Source: an uncultured Actinomycetota bacterium
GTDB taxonomy: Bacteria; Actinomycetota; Actinomycetes; S36-B12; UBA10799
DNA length: 64,000 nucleotides
Assembly: GCA_963733395.1 (NCBI GenBank)
Contig: CAVTCZ010000002.1
Coordinates: 18,981-82,980 of the forward strand
Direction of reading: 5' to 3'
Shown piece by piece: positions 1 to 9,185 of the stretch. The position numbers and the translations under genes are program-made. Each line of letters begins with the position of its first letter. Position 1 is the stretch's first letter. Under the pieces are notes generated by a model. It saw only the letters and a program-made list of their open reading frames with translations, searched no databases and was not told where the DNA came from.

Positions 1-380
1 AGAACGCCTTCAGCGTCGTGGCCCTGCGACACCAAACGCGTCCCAAGCAACTCGGCGGCTCCGAGCTGAGGCGTCAGCGACGCCGCGGAGCGCGCAAGCT
101 GTCGCCCGGCGCGCCGATCCCCCGCTGACCAACCCACGACGAGCCGACTCCAGCGGCGCTCTGCTGGCGAAGTCGAAGTCGCAGCCCGCGCAGTCAGCCT
201 TGCGTCGGGCTACGGCCATGGCTTACGCATCCACGGAACGCGGCAGGCCGAGCTTCCGTCAGCACGCCCTGCCAATTTCGTGCCAATTGAACCGTCGGAA
301 ACCGGGGTACGAGAGGGTATTCCGACGGATAACTGATGAAACACAGCCTGCGAGAATGTGCCTCGGATCAGGCATTTCAT

Positions 381-506
381 TGGAGCGGGTACGAGGGCCG
401 TCGCGCCCCTTCGGGACGCTCCTCCCGATTCTCGCCGTGCCTTTGAGCGGGTGACGAGAGCCGCCCGCCGCCTCCGGCGCCGGGACTCCCGATTCTCGCC
501 GTGCCT
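381..506. repeat. Short direct repeats including partial copies of the tRNA-Gly 3' end (att-like remnants)
   Basis: 441-459 (CTTTGAGCGGGTGACGAGA) is a 19/19 copy of the tRNA 3' end plus trailer at 552-570. 381-396 (TGGAGCGGGTACGAGG) is a degenerate third copy. 423-442 and 487-506 are a perfect 20-nt direct repeat (TCCCGATTCTCGCCGTGCCT). Confidence 0.7.
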
Positions 507-515
507 GCTGCAATC

Positions 516-555
516 AAAGAGAAGGACCCCCAAAGCGTTGAGGGTCCTTCTCTTT
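516..555 (-). terminator. Hairpin terminator immediately after tRNA-Gly
   Basis: Perfect 14-bp stem AAAGAGAAGGACCC (516-529) / GGGTCCTTCTCTTT (542-555) with a 12-nt loop. It starts 1 nt after the tRNA 3' end, and its 3' arm ends in a T run on the minus strand. Confidence 0.6.
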
Positions 556-556
556 G

Positions 557-627
557 AGCGGGTGACGAGAATCGAACTCGCACTGTCAGCTTGGGAAGCT
601 GATGTTCTGCCATTGAACTACACCCGC
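557..627 (-). tRNA. tRNA-Gly (anticodon CCC)
   Basis: The minus strand reads GCGGGTG TA GTTC AATGGCA GAAC A TCAGC TTCCCAA GCTGA CAGT GCGAG TTCGATT CTCGT CACCCGC T. This is a 71-nt cloverleaf with all four stems pairing. The anticodon loop is TT-CCC-AA, and CCA is not encoded. Confidence 0.92.
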
Positions 628-706
628 GTGGGGCAATCGCCCCGCAGACAGTATGCCTCATGCGGCGACGGCGTGGGCCCGGCGGTTGTGGTGAGCGGCA
701 CCGCGC

Positions 707-825
707 GAATGTTGCGTTGTTGCTGGCTCCTCCTGCCGAGTGTTGCGCCGTTGCTGGTTTGAGGCCCGCCGAACCAGCAACCGTGCAACAGTCGCGCGGG
801 ATCCACAGCAACAACGCAACACTCG
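707..825. repeat. Nested-palindrome intergenic repeat, copy A (119 bp)
   Basis: Four copies of a ~22-nt motif are present. Two are direct: GAATGTTGCGTTGTTGCTGG at 707-726 and GAGTGTTGCGCCGTTGCTGGTT at 738-759. Two are inverted: AACCAGCAACCGTGCAACAGTC at 772-793 and CCACAGCAACAACGCAACACTCG at 803-825. The same architecture recurs at 9038-9155 and 39624-39742. Confidence 0.85.
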
Positions 826-869
826 TGCGGCCGAGAGGGCCACAACCAGGCCCCGCCTACAGTGGCGCC

Positions 870-2649
870 ATGACCCGCGGCCTCATCCTGTCCCAGCGCG
901 ACCTCGAGTTCCTGCTCTACGAGTGGCTGGACGTCGAGGCCCTCACGGCGCGGGAACGGTACGCGGAGCACTCCCGGGAGACTTTCGACGCGGCGCTGGA
1001 CCTCAGCGCAACCGTGGCCGAGAGGCACTTCGCTCCGCACAACAAGCGCAATGACGCCGAGGAGCCCACGTTCGACGGCGAGCGCGTCCACCTGCATCCC
1101 GAGATCGCAGCGGCGCTCAAGGTGTTCCACGAAACGGGCCTGATGTCCGCCGGGATGCCGGCCGAGGTCGGCGGCATGCAGCTGCCGGCGGTCGTGACCA
1201 TGGCCTGCTTCGCCTGGTTCCAGGCCGCGAACGTCAGCACCTCCGGGTACCCGTTCCTGACCATCGGCAACGCGAACCTGCTGCTGGCCCACGGCAGCCA
1301 GGAGCAGATCGACACCTACGTGCGCCCCATGCTGGAGGGCCGGTTCTACGGGACCATGTGCCTGTCGGAGCCACAGGCCGGCTCCTCGCTGGCCGATGTG
1401 GCCGTGCGCGCCGAACCGCAGGCCGACGGCAGCTACCGGCTGTTCGGGAACAAGATGTGGATCTCCGGCGGCGACCACGAGTTGACCGAGAACATCATCC
1501 ATCTCGTGCTGGCGCGGGTGCCCGGTGCGCCGCCCGGGGTGAAGGGCCTGTCGCTGTTCATCGTGCCCAAGTACCTCGTCGACTCCGGCGAGCGCAACGA
1601 CGTCGTGCTGGCCGGGCTGAACCACAAGATGGGGTACCGCGGCACGACGAACACGCTGTTGAACTTCGGCGAGGGCAAGCACCTGCCCGGCGGTGATCCC
1701 GGTGCGGTCGGGTACCTGGTCGGCGAGCAGAACCGCGGACTGGCCTACATGTTCCACATGATGAACGAGGCGCGGGTGGGCGTCGGCGTGGGAGCGGTCG
1801 CGCTCGGCTACACCGGCTACCTGCACGCCCTCGACTACGCCCGCACCCGCGAGCAGGGCCGGCCGCTGCGGGACCGGGATCCCGCCGTCGCCGCAGGTGC
1901 CGATCATCCAGCACGCCGACGTCCGCCGGATGCTGCTGGCGCAGAAGGCGTACGTCGAAGGTGGCATGGCGTTGAGTCTCTACTGCGCCCGTCTGCTCGA
2001 CGAGCAGGTCTGCGCGGTCAGCGAGCAGGAACGCACCGAGGCGGGGCTGCTGCTGGACGTCCTCACCCCGATCGCCAAGAGCTGGCCCAGCCAGTGGTGC
2101 CTGGAGGCGAACTCGCTGGCCATCCAGGTGCACGGCGGCTACGGCTACACGCGCGACTACGACGTGGAGCAGTTCTACCGGGACAACCGGCTCAACCCCA
2201 TCCATGAGGGGACGAACGGCATCCAGGCGCTGGACCTGCTCGGGCGCAAGGTCATCCAGGCCGACGGCGCCGGGCTGCAGTTGCTCCTGGCGCGGATCGC
2301 GCAGACCTGCAGCCGCGCCGATGGCGACCTGGGCGAGTACGGCACGGCGCTGCAGGAGGCGGCGGGCCGGTTGGCGGCGACGACGATGAAGCTGTGGGGT
2401 CCGCGTGATCCCGAGCTCGCGCTGGCCAATGCTTCGGTCTATCTCGAGGCCTTCGGGCACACCGTCGTCGCCTGGCTCTGGCTCGAGCAGATGCTGGTGG
2501 CGCGGGTCGGCGATGGACCGTTCTACGACGGCAAGTTGGCAGCCGGCCGCTACTTCTTCGCTTTCGAACTGCCCAGGACCGGCCCGCAGTTCGATCTGCT
2601 GGACAGCCTCGACCGCACGACGTTGGACCTCGACCCAGCCGCCTTGTGA
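870..2649 (+). CDS. Long-form acyl-CoA dehydrogenase (FadE-like, ~590 aa), interrupted by one +1 frameshift near 1885
   Basis: The frame-0 part (870-~1885) contains LSEPQAGSSLADV and FGNKMWISGGDHELTENIIHLVLAR. The frame-1 part (to 2649) contains PIIQHADVRRMLLAQKAY and NPIHEGTNGIQALDLLGRK. Removing one C in GCCGTCGCCGCAGG restores ..DPAVAQVPIIQH.. Confidence 0.85.
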
Positions 2650-2717
2650 CAAACCGGCGTCCGGTGCCCGTCCTGGGTAGCGTTAAGTCGTCCGCCCAAC
2701 CTGACGAACAAGGACGT

Positions 2718-5124
2718 ATGGCTGTGGTTCGCATTCCGCCCGAGCTCTCCGCAGATCCGCACGTTCGCTACGACGCGGCCGCCGCCCGGATCCTGTACCC
2801 GGTGGCCGGTCTGATCGGGCTCCTGTACGTCGTGCTCGGAGTCCTGCACCCGTTCTTCATCGGGGGCACGACCGGGGAGGTCATGGCCGCAGTCGCGCTC
2901 ACCAGCGCCATCATCCTGCTGGTGATCGCCTGGTGGGCACGGACCAACCGCACCTCTGATCACGGCACCGGTGTCCTGTCGCTGGTCTTCCTGATCATGA
3001 TCTTCAACTCGGGTCTGCACATGTACCTCACCAAGGAGGAATGGCAGTCCACCAACATGATGCTCGTGCTCATCGGGGCGGGGATGGCGGTCCTGCTGAC
3101 CCGCTGGAATGTGGCGATCACGGTGCTGGCATGGGTGTCGTGGGTCGCGGCGATGCTGACGATTCCGGGGGCGAACTGGGCGCACTGGACCATCGCGATG
3201 GCTATGGCGACCCTCGTGGGCCAGCTGGTGCGATTCGGTCGCCGAAGCAACCTGGACACCGCAGCGGCCACGATGGACCTGCAACTCGGCCTGCTCACGG
3301 AAGCCGAGGACCTGGCCGAGAGCCGGCAGAGCCTGCTGGCCACCATCAGCCACGACGTGCGCACGCCGGTCACCGGGATCGTCGGCATGGTGGACCTGTT
3401 GTTGCAGCGCCCGTTGGACGCCCGCACCCGTGAGTTGGTCGCCGGCGTGCAGCACTCGGCCGATGGCCTGACCACCATGCTGAACAACCTGCTCGACATG
3501 GCCCGCGTCGAGGCGGGGCGGCTGGAGGTGCACAAGAGTGACGCCGACGTCTGCGAGATGATCAGCTCGGTCCTGCAGATGGTGGGCCCGATCGCCCAGC
3601 GCAAGAACGTGCCGCTGATCGGCGCATCGAGCCCGGATCTCCAGCCCTGGATCAACACCGACAGCAGCCGCCTGCAGCAGATCCTGCTCAACCTCGTGTC
3701 CAACGCCGTCAAGTTCACCGACGACGGTGTGGTCACGGTGGTCGCGCGGCCCGCCCGTATCGATCGGCGCGCGGGGGTGGAGATCACGGTCACGGACACC
3801 GGGCCTGGCATGTCGGAGCAGGCGCAGGCGGCCGCGTTCGACATGTTCGTCCAGGGCGGCCCCGGCGTTCATAAGCAACACGGCGGCTCAGGGTTGGGAC
3901 TGGCCATCGCGCAGCGGCTGACGACTGCCCTCGGCGGGTCGGTGCACGTCAGCAGCACGCTCGGCGTGGGGACGGCGTTCCGGGTTCTGCTGCCGGTGGG
4001 TCGGCTGGAAGTCGAGCCACGAGGGCACGCCGCTGCAGGTCACGGGCACCGCGGTGGTCCAGGGGCATCCGATCGCTGTGGAGGCGGTGTCGCTGGCCCT
4101 GCAGCGAATGGGCAAGGAGGTGCTGCCCGCGTGTGCCGGGGATCCCGGGACGCTGCATGTCCGGGTCGTCTCCGATACGGCGTCACCCGAGGCCACGCAG
4201 CCGTCGCCGGACGGGCACCGACTGCTCGTGATGGGCCCGACAGTGACGGTGGCGGCTGCGCCGACGGCCGGTGAGTACCTGCCGCTGCCGTGGACGGTGG
4301 ACCGGTTGTTGGAGGCACTCGGCGCCGAGGTGCCGGTCACGGTGGCCAGGGAGACGCTCGCGCTGCCACCTGGATTGCGCGTGCTGCTGGCCGAGGATGA
4401 CACGACCAACCGCAACCTGATCGCCGAGATGCTGCGCAGGATGGGAGCGTCGGTCAACACGGTCAGCGATGGTGCCGCCGCCGTCGAGGAGGTCGCCCGC
4501 GACCGGTACGACACAGTGCTGTTGGACCTCAACATGCCGGTCATGGACGGGCTGGAGGCGGTGCGGGTGATCCGGCAACGTCTCGCGGACGTGGATTCCC
4601 TGGCGGTCCTCGCGCTCAGCGCCGACCCGGGGTGGATCGACCGCTCGGTGCTGTCCGCGGCCGGATTCAACGGCTACGTCATGAAACCGACCACGATGGC
4701 CGATCTGCACATCGGGATCACCAAAGCACTCGAGCGGCTGCCGGTGGCCGCTCCCATCCCGGTCCCGCGCCAGGGTGCAGCCACAGCTGTCAGCCTGGAT
4801 ACCGCCACGTTGGCACAGCTCAGCGATGACCTCGGGGACCCGGGTCTCGTGGCCGATGCCATGGGGATCTTCCTGGAGGAACTGCCGGTGCGCCTGGTGT
4901 CCATCCACCGCAGCTTCGGGGCGGGCTCGTCCGAGGACGTGCGTGCTGCCGCCCATGCGCTCAAGGGCGCGTCGGGGATGCTCGGGGCCGATCGCCTCAG
5001 CAGCCTGTGCGCCCAGATGGAGGTCGACCCGTCGGACCTGGTGCTGTCGGAACTCACGGCGGAGGCCGAGAAGGTGGAGACGCTGATGCGCGACTACCTC
5101 GTCGGCGATGTCGTGCCGGGGTGA
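2718..5124 (+). CDS. Hybrid sensor histidine kinase (multi-pass membrane N-terminus, HisKA, HATPase_c, degenerate REC, REC, HPt), split by a +1 frameshift near 4020-4055
   Basis: H-box LLATISHDVRTPV, N-box LLNLVSNAVKFT, G1 DTGPGM and G2 GGSGLGLAIA are present. The second frame gives REC (VLLAEDDTTN.., LLDLNMPVMDG, GYVMKP) and HPt (AAHALKGASGMLGA). An ATG at 2718 follows AAGGA; an alternative GTG at 2646 overlaps the upstream stop. Confidence 0.8.
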
Positions 5125-5350
5125 CCTGGTCGGCCGGGGCTGGAAGAACGGTCGTTGTGTCGCCTGCTGGCCGGTGGCGCTGGTCCGCTCGTACCAACGG
5201 CCACAACGTCTAACGCCGCGCTGCGATCGCGCGGACGGCTGACCCCCGGACCACTGGCCGACCCAACTCCCCGCTGGAATCCGAAGGTCCGCTACGCCCA
5301 TGAATGCGTCCGACCTTGTGGAAGCAGGGTCGCGGCGGTGTCGGAGGGAT

Positions 5351-5629
5351 TCAGGTGCGGTAGACGTCCCGGCGATGGTCGATGCGCAGAACCACGACTT
5401 CGTGGCGGGCATCGTTGATCCGGTACAGCACCCGGTAGGTTCCCCGACGGGCGGCGTGAATCCCCGCGAGGTCCCCCCGCAAGGGCTTACCGACCCTCGC
5501 GGGATCGGCGAGCAGGGCTCCGGTGAGGAACTCGATCACGGCGGCAGCGACGGACTCCGGCAATCCCACCTGGATGGCACGGACCGCAGGCGGCGTAACA
5601 ACCAGGTCATATGGATCGGGACTGCTCAC
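5351..5629 (-). CDS. relE: RelE/ParE-family type II toxin
   Basis: 92-aa product ..GKPLRGDLAGIHAARRGTYRVLYRINDARHEVVVLRIDHRRDVYR. The GTG start overlaps the antitoxin stop (GTGA). Confidence 0.85.
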   Translation of the reverse strand: MSSPDPYDLVVTPPAVRAIQVGLPESVAAAVIEFLTGALLADPARVGKPLRGDLAGIHAARRGTYRVLYRINDARHEVVVLRIDHRRDVYRT

Positions 5630-5892
5630 GTCCGCAACTCGCGGACCGCATCGGCCCCTCGGACAACGTCACCGCGGCGGTATGCGGCGTCTGCTTCGCG
5701 AATGTCGGCGAGCGCGCCCGGGTCACTGAGCACGTCCAGAGTCTCTTCGAGTTCGGCCAGGTCCTCCGGGCTGAGGATGACCGCCGCGGCGCGCCCGTTT
5801 CGGGTGACGGTGACACGCTCGTGTTCCCGTTCGACGCGATCGACGACCTCGCTGAAGCTATCCCGGACCTCACGCAGCGACTGGGTACTCAT
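5626..5892 (-). CDS. Phd/YefM-family antitoxin
   Basis: 88-aa product MSTQSLREVRDSFSEVVDRVEREHERVTVTRNGRAAAVILSPEDLAELEETLDVL.., with a 4-nt overlap onto the toxin gene. Confidence 0.85.
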   Translation of the reverse strand: MSTQSLREVRDSFSEVVDRVEREHERVTVTRNGRAAAVILSPEDLAELEETLDVLSDPGALADIREADAAYRRGDVVRGADAVRELRT

Positions 5893-5984
5893 GCACACAA
5901 TTGTGGCGTCCTGCGGGTCGGCTGGCAAGGGGCCCCACGTACCCCGCAGCAGGTGACACCCTTGCGGTTGCCGGACGCGGCCGC

Positions 5985-7673
5985 TCACGCCTCCGGCAGG
6001 TACCGCCCCACCATCGTGAGCAGGGTGTCCTTGGTGAAGGGTTTCGTCAGGTAGGCGTCCAAACCCGCCAGCATCCCCGCCTCCGCGGCCCCCGGCGCGG
6101 TCTCCGCCGTCATCGCGATGATCGGTGTCTCGGTCCGGTCGGCGCCCGCTTCGCCGGCGCGGATCTGACGGGTGGCGGACAGACCGTCCAGACGCGGCAT
6201 CCGCAGATCCATCAACACCGCGCCGTACACGTTCTCGCGCAGCCGTTCGATGGCCTCGATGCCGTCGCCGGCAACGTCGACCTCGAGGCCCGCGTCGTTG
6301 AGCATCAACGTTGCCAGTTGCTGGGTGACCTGGGTGTCGTCGACGAGCAGCACCCGGCGATTCAGCCCGGTGCGGCGCAGGCGCGGCCGGGAGACCGGGA
6401 ACGTCAGCACGAACGAGCCCTCCCCACCGGTGAGTTCCCCGGAGGCCTGGTCGCAGACCCTGCGCACGACGTCGACGGTCCCGGCGTCGGGCCAGGCATC
6501 CGGCGACCGGACGTCGATCACAGCGCGGTGGCCGGGCAGGTGCACCCTGACCGACACGTGCGCATCGGTGCGCGCGAGCCGGAATCCTGCCATCAGCGTG
6601 TCGAGCGCGCTGCGCACCCGCTCATCGTCGATGAGCACCTCCTCGGCGGCGCTGGGATCCACTGACAGCGCCAGCGCGCCACCGTGCGGCTTGATCAGCG
6701 CCTCCTGGGTTGCGCACACCTGCGAGACCAGGTCGGCCAGCACACACACAGTGGGCGTACCGATCGTGCCGCGGGCGTCGTCGGCGGCCACGGTCACCAG
6801 CGCCTCGATCCGCTGTTTCAGGAGGCTCAACTGCGAACGCGCGGTTTGCAGATCCGGCGGCACGCCGTCGATCGCCGCCTGGGCCGCATGGACCGGGGTC
6901 GACAACTCATGGGTCACGGCGTTGAACAGCGCACTGCGGGCCCGGGCCAGCGCCTCCGCCCGGTCCCGGGCCTTCAACAGGTCGTCGGTGCGCTCCTTGA
7001 CGGTGCGCTCCAACTCCTCCCGGTGTCGAGCCTCGGCCTCCCGGGCCTTCGCGCGCTCGATCACTCGGCCCAACTGCTCACCCATCGGGGTGGCGAGCTC
7101 GACGAGGTCAGGGTCCACGGGCTTGGGCCCCGGCGACGTGAACTCCAGGACACCGACCAGGACGTTCTCGACCATGACTCCGAACGCGAAGATGCTGCCG
7201 GTCGACAGCAGCGGCTTGCGGGCTGCGATGACGTCCTGCGGCTGCACCTCCCACCGCGGACCGTGGAGCATCACCCTTCCAGGTACTCCGATGCCCGGGC
7301 CGAAGCGCGCCCCGACGGTGGCGGTTTGCATCGCCTCGAAGAACGGGTCGCCCTGCTTGCCGACCCAGAGCCCGCTGGACACCAGAGCCGACGGGTCATC
7401 GCGGGCCGGCACCAGTAGATGCCCGACATGCCACTCGTACTCGTCGACGATCATCGTCATGACTTCGGTGAACGCCGCCCGGTCATCCGTGGCGGCGTTG
7501 GACGCCGAGGCCGAGCGGGTGAGCAGGTCCAAGGCGCGCTGGCGGGCGTACAACCGGCGCAGGGACCGCTCGGCGACCTCTTCGGACTCCCGCCGAGCTG
7601 TGCGCTCCCGGTCGACGCGGCGGGTCAGTCGCGTGATCTGTGCCCGGGCTTCGAGCAGCTCGTGGTCGGTCAT
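5985..7673 (-). CDS. H-NOX-associated sensor kinase-like protein: coiled coil, GAF, HisKA, degenerate HATPase_c, REC
   Basis: GAF-like block (..GIGVPGRVMLHGPRWEV..VLVGVLEF..). H-box FNAVTHELSTPV. REC with LLVDD / LMDLRMPRLDG / YLTKPF. The N, G1 and G2 boxes are not recognisable. The ATG at 7673 overlaps the H-NOX stop (ATGA). Confidence 0.8.
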   Translation of the reverse strand: MTDHELLEARAQITRLTRRVDRERTARRESEEVAERSLRRLYARQRALDLLTRSASASNAATDDRAAFTEVMTMIVDEYEWHVGHLLVPARDDPSALVSSGLWVGKQGDPFFEAMQTATVGARFGPGIGVPGRVMLHGPRWEVQPQDVIAARKPLLSTGSIFAFGVMVENVLVGVLEFTSPGPKPVDPDLVELATPMGEQLGRVIERAKAREAEARHREELERTVKERTDDLLKARDRAEALARARSALFNAVTHELSTPVHAAQAAIDGVPPDLQTARSQLSLLKQRIEALVTVAADDARGTIGTPTVCVLADLVSQVCATQEALIKPHGGALALSVDPSAAEEVLIDDERVRSALDTLMAGFRLARTDAHVSVRVHLPGHRAVIDVRSPDAWPDAGTVDVVRRVCDQASGELTGGEGSFVLTFPVSRPRLRRTGLNRRVLLVDDTQVTQQLATLMLNDAGLEVDVAGDGIEAIERLRENVYGAVLMDLRMPRLDGLSATRQIRAGEAGADRTETPIIAMTAETAPGAAEAGMLAGLDAYLTKPFTKDTLLTMVGRYLPEA

Positions 7674-8206
7674 CCCACGGCGATCCGCAGGACGCAGTGA
7701 GGGTCTCCGTGCTTCGTGCATTGCGGCTGGGTGATCGTCAGATCCTCGCCGTAGTGGTCACCGGCGCCGAGCGTGAGTCCCTCGGCCAGAGGGCACATCG
7801 TGCGTTGCGAGTGGTACTCCATCAGCAGCGTGCCGTCGGCCTCCTCGCTGAAGACGAAGTGCGGCGGGGTCGCGCCGGGGTACAGCTTGCGCACCTCGGG
7901 GTGGATCACGCTGTTCAAGGTCGGCAGGAAGGTACGCACGCTGCTGTGCAACTCGAAGAAGTCCGGGAAACGGGCTGCGAGCAGCGGTGTCGAACGACGT
8001 CCGACGTGGCGCAGCACATCGTCCGGGCTGGCCCCGGTGGCCTGGCTGGCCGCGGCGACGATCGCGAGCAACTCATCGTCGGAGTAGGAGCCCACCGCCG
8101 TGTAGGCGCCATGCAGATGTGCCGCGTCGAGCAGGTCGTCCCAGGCGTCGTGGCCACTGTCCTCGGTGACGACGTCCTCGGTGAGGTTGAAGATGATCCC
8201 CTTCAC
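7670..8206 (-). CDS. H-NOX (haem NO/O2-binding, HNOB) domain protein
   Basis: 178 aa. N-terminus MKGIIFNL.. as in Vibrio/Shewanella H-NOX. Carries His102 (VIHPEVRKLYP), Pro115 and Tyr131-x-Ser133-x-Arg135 (MEYHSQR), with Leu at position 140. The GTG start is preceded by GGAAGGGAGG. Confidence 0.88.
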   Translation of the reverse strand: MKGIIFNLTEDVVTEDSGHDAWDDLLDAAHLHGAYTAVGSYSDDELLAIVAAASQATGASPDDVLRHVGRRSTPLLAARFPDFFELHSSVRTFLPTLNSVIHPEVRKLYPGATPPHFVFSEEADGTLLMEYHSQRTMCPLAEGLTLGAGDHYGEDLTITQPQCTKHGDPHCVLRIAVG

Positions 8207-8280
8207 AGCGCCTCCCTTCCTGAATGGTCCATGGTGGCGGAAGCAGGTTTCATGAATGCTTGGCTGGGGTCAAGGGTGAC

Positions 8281-8967
<687 letters not shown>

Positions 8968-9037
8968 GGCAGTGATTCTGTCAGGGATCGCGGGCGGTGG
9001 CAGGGTTTCGGTCGGGCGTGCCGGTGGCCGGGGTGCC

Positions 9038-9155
9038 GAGTGTTGCGCGGTTGCTGGTCGTGCGGCCCGAGTGTTGCGCGGTTGCTGGTTTCCAGGCCCG
9101 AAACCAGCAACGGTGCAACAGTCGGCGGGGCGGGCCCGCAACGGTGCAACAGTCG
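9038..9155. repeat. Nested-palindrome intergenic repeat, copy B (118 bp)
   Basis: GAGTGTTGCGCGGTTGCTGGTC and GAGTGTTGCGCGGTTGCTGGTT are direct. AACCAGCAACGGTGCAACAGTC and CGCAACGGTGCAACAGTCG are inverted. The copy lies between the MFS stop and the response-regulator start. Confidence 0.85.
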
Positions 9156-9185
9156 CCGACCAGCGCGGCCCACGCCCCCGCCGGC

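Noticed and set aside
10-454. ORFs 10-219 (-), 200-454 (+) and 210-533 (-) next to the tRNA as integrase or cargo genes
   Set aside because: The translations are low-complexity and have no integrase motifs. The ORFs run through the att-like repeats and hairpins, so the region is treated as non-coding.
707-825. The repeated 22-nt motifs (also at 9038-9155 and 39624-39742) as CRISPR arrays
   Set aside because: Each locus has only two direct plus two inverted copies. There are no regularly sized unique spacers and no cas genes. The architecture is a nested palindrome, not an array.
707-825. Classifying the 119-bp elements as MITEs
   Set aside because: I could not find target-site duplications at any of the three copies, and the window contains no related transposase. 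They are left unclassified.
618-2652. Long minus-strand ORFs (618-1967, 1558-2652) opposite the acyl-CoA dehydrogenase
   Set aside because: These are antisense shadow ORFs typical of high-GC DNA. Their translations are R/A/G/P-rich with no motifs, whereas the plus-strand frame encodes a well-conserved enzyme.
2550-5412. Minus-strand ORFs 2550-3881, 2960-3844 and 4183-5412 opposite the hybrid kinase
   Set aside because: Same shadow-ORF pattern, with low-complexity translations. The plus strand carries canonical H, N, G1, G2, REC and HPt motifs.
6172-7734. 520-aa plus-strand ORF opposite the GAF-HisKA-REC gene
   Set aside because: The translation is S/R/T/A-rich and low-complexity. The minus strand has clear domain motifs.
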